64,000 nt of DNA. Origin: Nitrososphaeria archaeon. Lineage in GTDB: Archaea > Thermoproteota > Nitrososphaeria > JACIWG01. Below are positions 62,224 to 64,000 of this stretch, one piece after another; positions within the stretch are counted from its first letter, which is position 1; each line of letters starts with the position of its first letter. Below the pieces are notes generated by a model. It was not told the DNA's origin, searched no databases, and worked only from the letters and a program-made list of their open reading frames with translations. Position numbers and translations under genes: made by a program. The DNA is taken from the NCBI GenBank assembly GCA_963752255.1, contig CAVVXT010000019.1, positions 416,001 through 480,000 on the forward strand, given 5' to 3'.

Positions 62224-62981
62224 ATGGTCAAGAAGAGAGTTTTGGTGACTGGCCTAAGTGGGGTTATCGGAGGCGCTGTACTCAAGCACCTAGGCGATAA
62301 GTACGACCTCTCAGCACTGAACCGCCGCGATGTCCCCGGAGTCCCATGCTCACAGAGCCGACATTGCGGACTTGAACGCCATTAGACCAGCATTTGAAGG
62401 TAAAGACGTGGTAGTGCACCTAGGCAGCAGTCTTAGGGGGCGCATCTTGGGAAGACATATTGCACACTAATATCGTCGGTTGCTATAACGTGTTCGAAGC
62501 ATCCCGATTGGCAGGTGTGAAACGCATCATCTTCGCATCCAGTGGTGCAGTAGTCATGGGATACGAGAAAGACTTCCCATACGACGCTATCATAAAGGGA
62601 GAATATGACAAGGTGCCGCCAGACTGGCCAATGTTGACCGCGGAATCGCAGGTACGTCCCAACGACCTATACGGTGCCAGCAAGGTATGGGGTGAAGCCA
62701 TCGGTCGCTACTACAGCGAAGTGTTCGGCATTTCGGTTATCTGCCTACGATTCGGTCGGGTCAAGGCGGATGACAAGCCTACAACTCCACGGGACTTCGT
62801 AGTATGGTGCAGTCTAAGGAATGCCGCCCAAATGGTGGACAAATGTATCGCCGCACCAGAAGACCTCCGCTTCGACATCCTTTATGTTGTTTCAAATAAT
62901 CGTTGGAGACACCGGGACATAGAACATGCCCGTAAGGTGGTGGGATACTACCCTCTGGACGGCGCCGGCTCTTACGGCTAG
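62224..62981 (+). CDS. NAD-dependent epimerase/dehydratase (uronate dehydrogenase-like), two frameshifts in 62350-62425
   Basis: Upstream frame MVKKRVLVTGLSGVIG; FASS, YGASK and LRFG motifs in the 62460 ORF. Confidence 0.8.
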
Positions 62982-63095
62982 CGTCGTGTCGATCAATAGA
63001 TCCAGCGGGACACAGCAACCTCATGGAATATAAGGCTAAGATCAAAAAAAATTTAAGTCATACCTGAATAAAGTATTGTAGCGGTTTGATTTAAG

Positions 63096-63740
63096 ATGAA
63101 AATTTCTATTAAATATTTAGGGCATGCGAGCTTTGAAATAAAGGCCGGGGATAAGACGATCTACATCGATCCCTACGAAGGAGAATATAAGGATAAAGCG
63201 GACCTAATATTGATTTCTCACTCCCATGATGACCATTGCCAGCCATCGAAGATAAAGGATATCCGAAAAGAGGACACCTCAGTTATCGCCCCTGCCGATT
63301 GCGCCTTAAAGGTAGGTGGAAACGTAAAGTCCCTTAAAGCTGGAGAAAAGAGTTCTTTCGGAGATGTTACGGTGGAAGCCGTCGCAGCATACAACTACAA
63401 AAGGTTTAGGTCTCCTGGTAACCCATTCCATCCAAAAGGCTTCGGGGTAGGATATCTGGTAACAGTAGGGAACAAGACGATCTATCACGCGGGGGACACA
63501 GACTTCATTCCGGAGATGAAGAACCTTAGGAACATCTATCTAGCGCTACTTCCTAGCGGCGGAACCTACACCATGGACAACCCTGAGGCCGCAGAGGCTG
63601 CGTTGGCGATCAGACCAGAATTTGTCATCCCGATGCATAGGTGGAAGACGGATCCCAACGAGTTTAAGAAGGATGTAGAAGCAAAATCCAAAATCAAAGT
63701 AATTATACTTAAACCTGGAGAAGAATTTAAAGCTGAATGA
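63096..63740 (+). CDS. MBL-fold metallo-hydrolase
   Basis: LGHASF, IDP, SHSHDDH, YHAGDT and IPMH motifs. Confidence 0.92.
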   Translation: MKISIKYLGHASFEIKAGDKTIYIDPYEGEYKDKADLILISHSHDDHCQPSKIKDIRKEDTSVIAPADCALKVGGNVKSLKAGEKSSFGDVTVEAVAAYNYKRFRSPGNPFHPKGFGVGYLVTVGNKTIYHAGDTDFIPEMKNLRNIYLALLPSGGTYTMDNPEAAEAALAIRPEFVIPMHRWKTDPNEFKKDVEAKSKIKVIILKPGEEFKAE

Positions 63741-63790
63741 AACCTTTTTTCCCAGTAAGAATTTTGCGACAGCGGGAGTGTCTTTAGACT

Positions 63791-64000
63791 ATGACGCGTC
63801 GCAATTCATCCTTGCTGATCCTCTATGTAGCGAGTGGAGGGCTTCAGACATCATTGAACATAGCCTTCCTGACCCTACCGATTTACGCTTTGGCAGTTTC
63901 AGCCTCACCATTCGAGATTGGGCTGATGGGCGCTGTCGGGGGTTTGGCGTACTCACTTATGGCACGACTCACGGGTGTCCTCTCCAACAGATACTCGAAA
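63791..64000 (+). CDS. MFS transporter, N-terminal part (runs off the window)
   Basis: Manual translation MTRRNSSLLILYVASGG...LPIYALAVSASPFEIGLMG...TGVLSNRYSK (MFS motif A-like). Confidence 0.7.
   Translation, partial: MTRRNSSLLILYVASGGLQTSLNIAFLTLPIYALAVSASPFEIGLMGAVGGLAYSLMARLTGVLSNRYSK

Noticed and set aside
593-63488. Numerous short ORFs antisense to or nested in clear genes (e.g. 44659-45309, 39693-40118, 24226-24669)
   Set aside because: Shadow ORFs of well-supported genes with no motifs of their own.

Overview
Archaeal chromosomal window, probably from a TACK lineage such as Bathyarchaeia. This is inferred from the purP pair, a stand-alone AsnC/RAM domain, an AOR, an AglB-like domain and BRE/TATA-style promoters, so the taxonomy is not proven. 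The left ~3 kb resembles the edge of an integrated mobile element: a nested inverted/direct repeat region, a ParB-like gene and a wHTH gene with operator-like repeats. The rest is mostly metabolic and housekeeping: tdh-kbl, a short SMC-kleisin-kite operon, a rearranged accessory zone (~14-23 kb) with duplicated gene-start stubs and gene scars, sugar enzymes, fdhD/Tat-FeS/AOR, grpE-dnaK-dnaJ, mgtA, purP x2 and several HAD hydrolases. The most notable candidate new system is a three-gene operon at 46906-50220. It encodes a PqqD/RRE-radical SAM-SPASM maturase, a membrane zinc-ribbon protein and a DUF2207-like membrane protein ending in a 10-Cys (Cys-Ala)n-GGGGH tail that may be the modified substrate. 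At least seven otherwise intact genes carry single-base frameshifts, mostly in homopolymers, which suggests long-read consensus errors rather than true pseudogenes. No rRNA, tRNA or CRISPR array was recognised.
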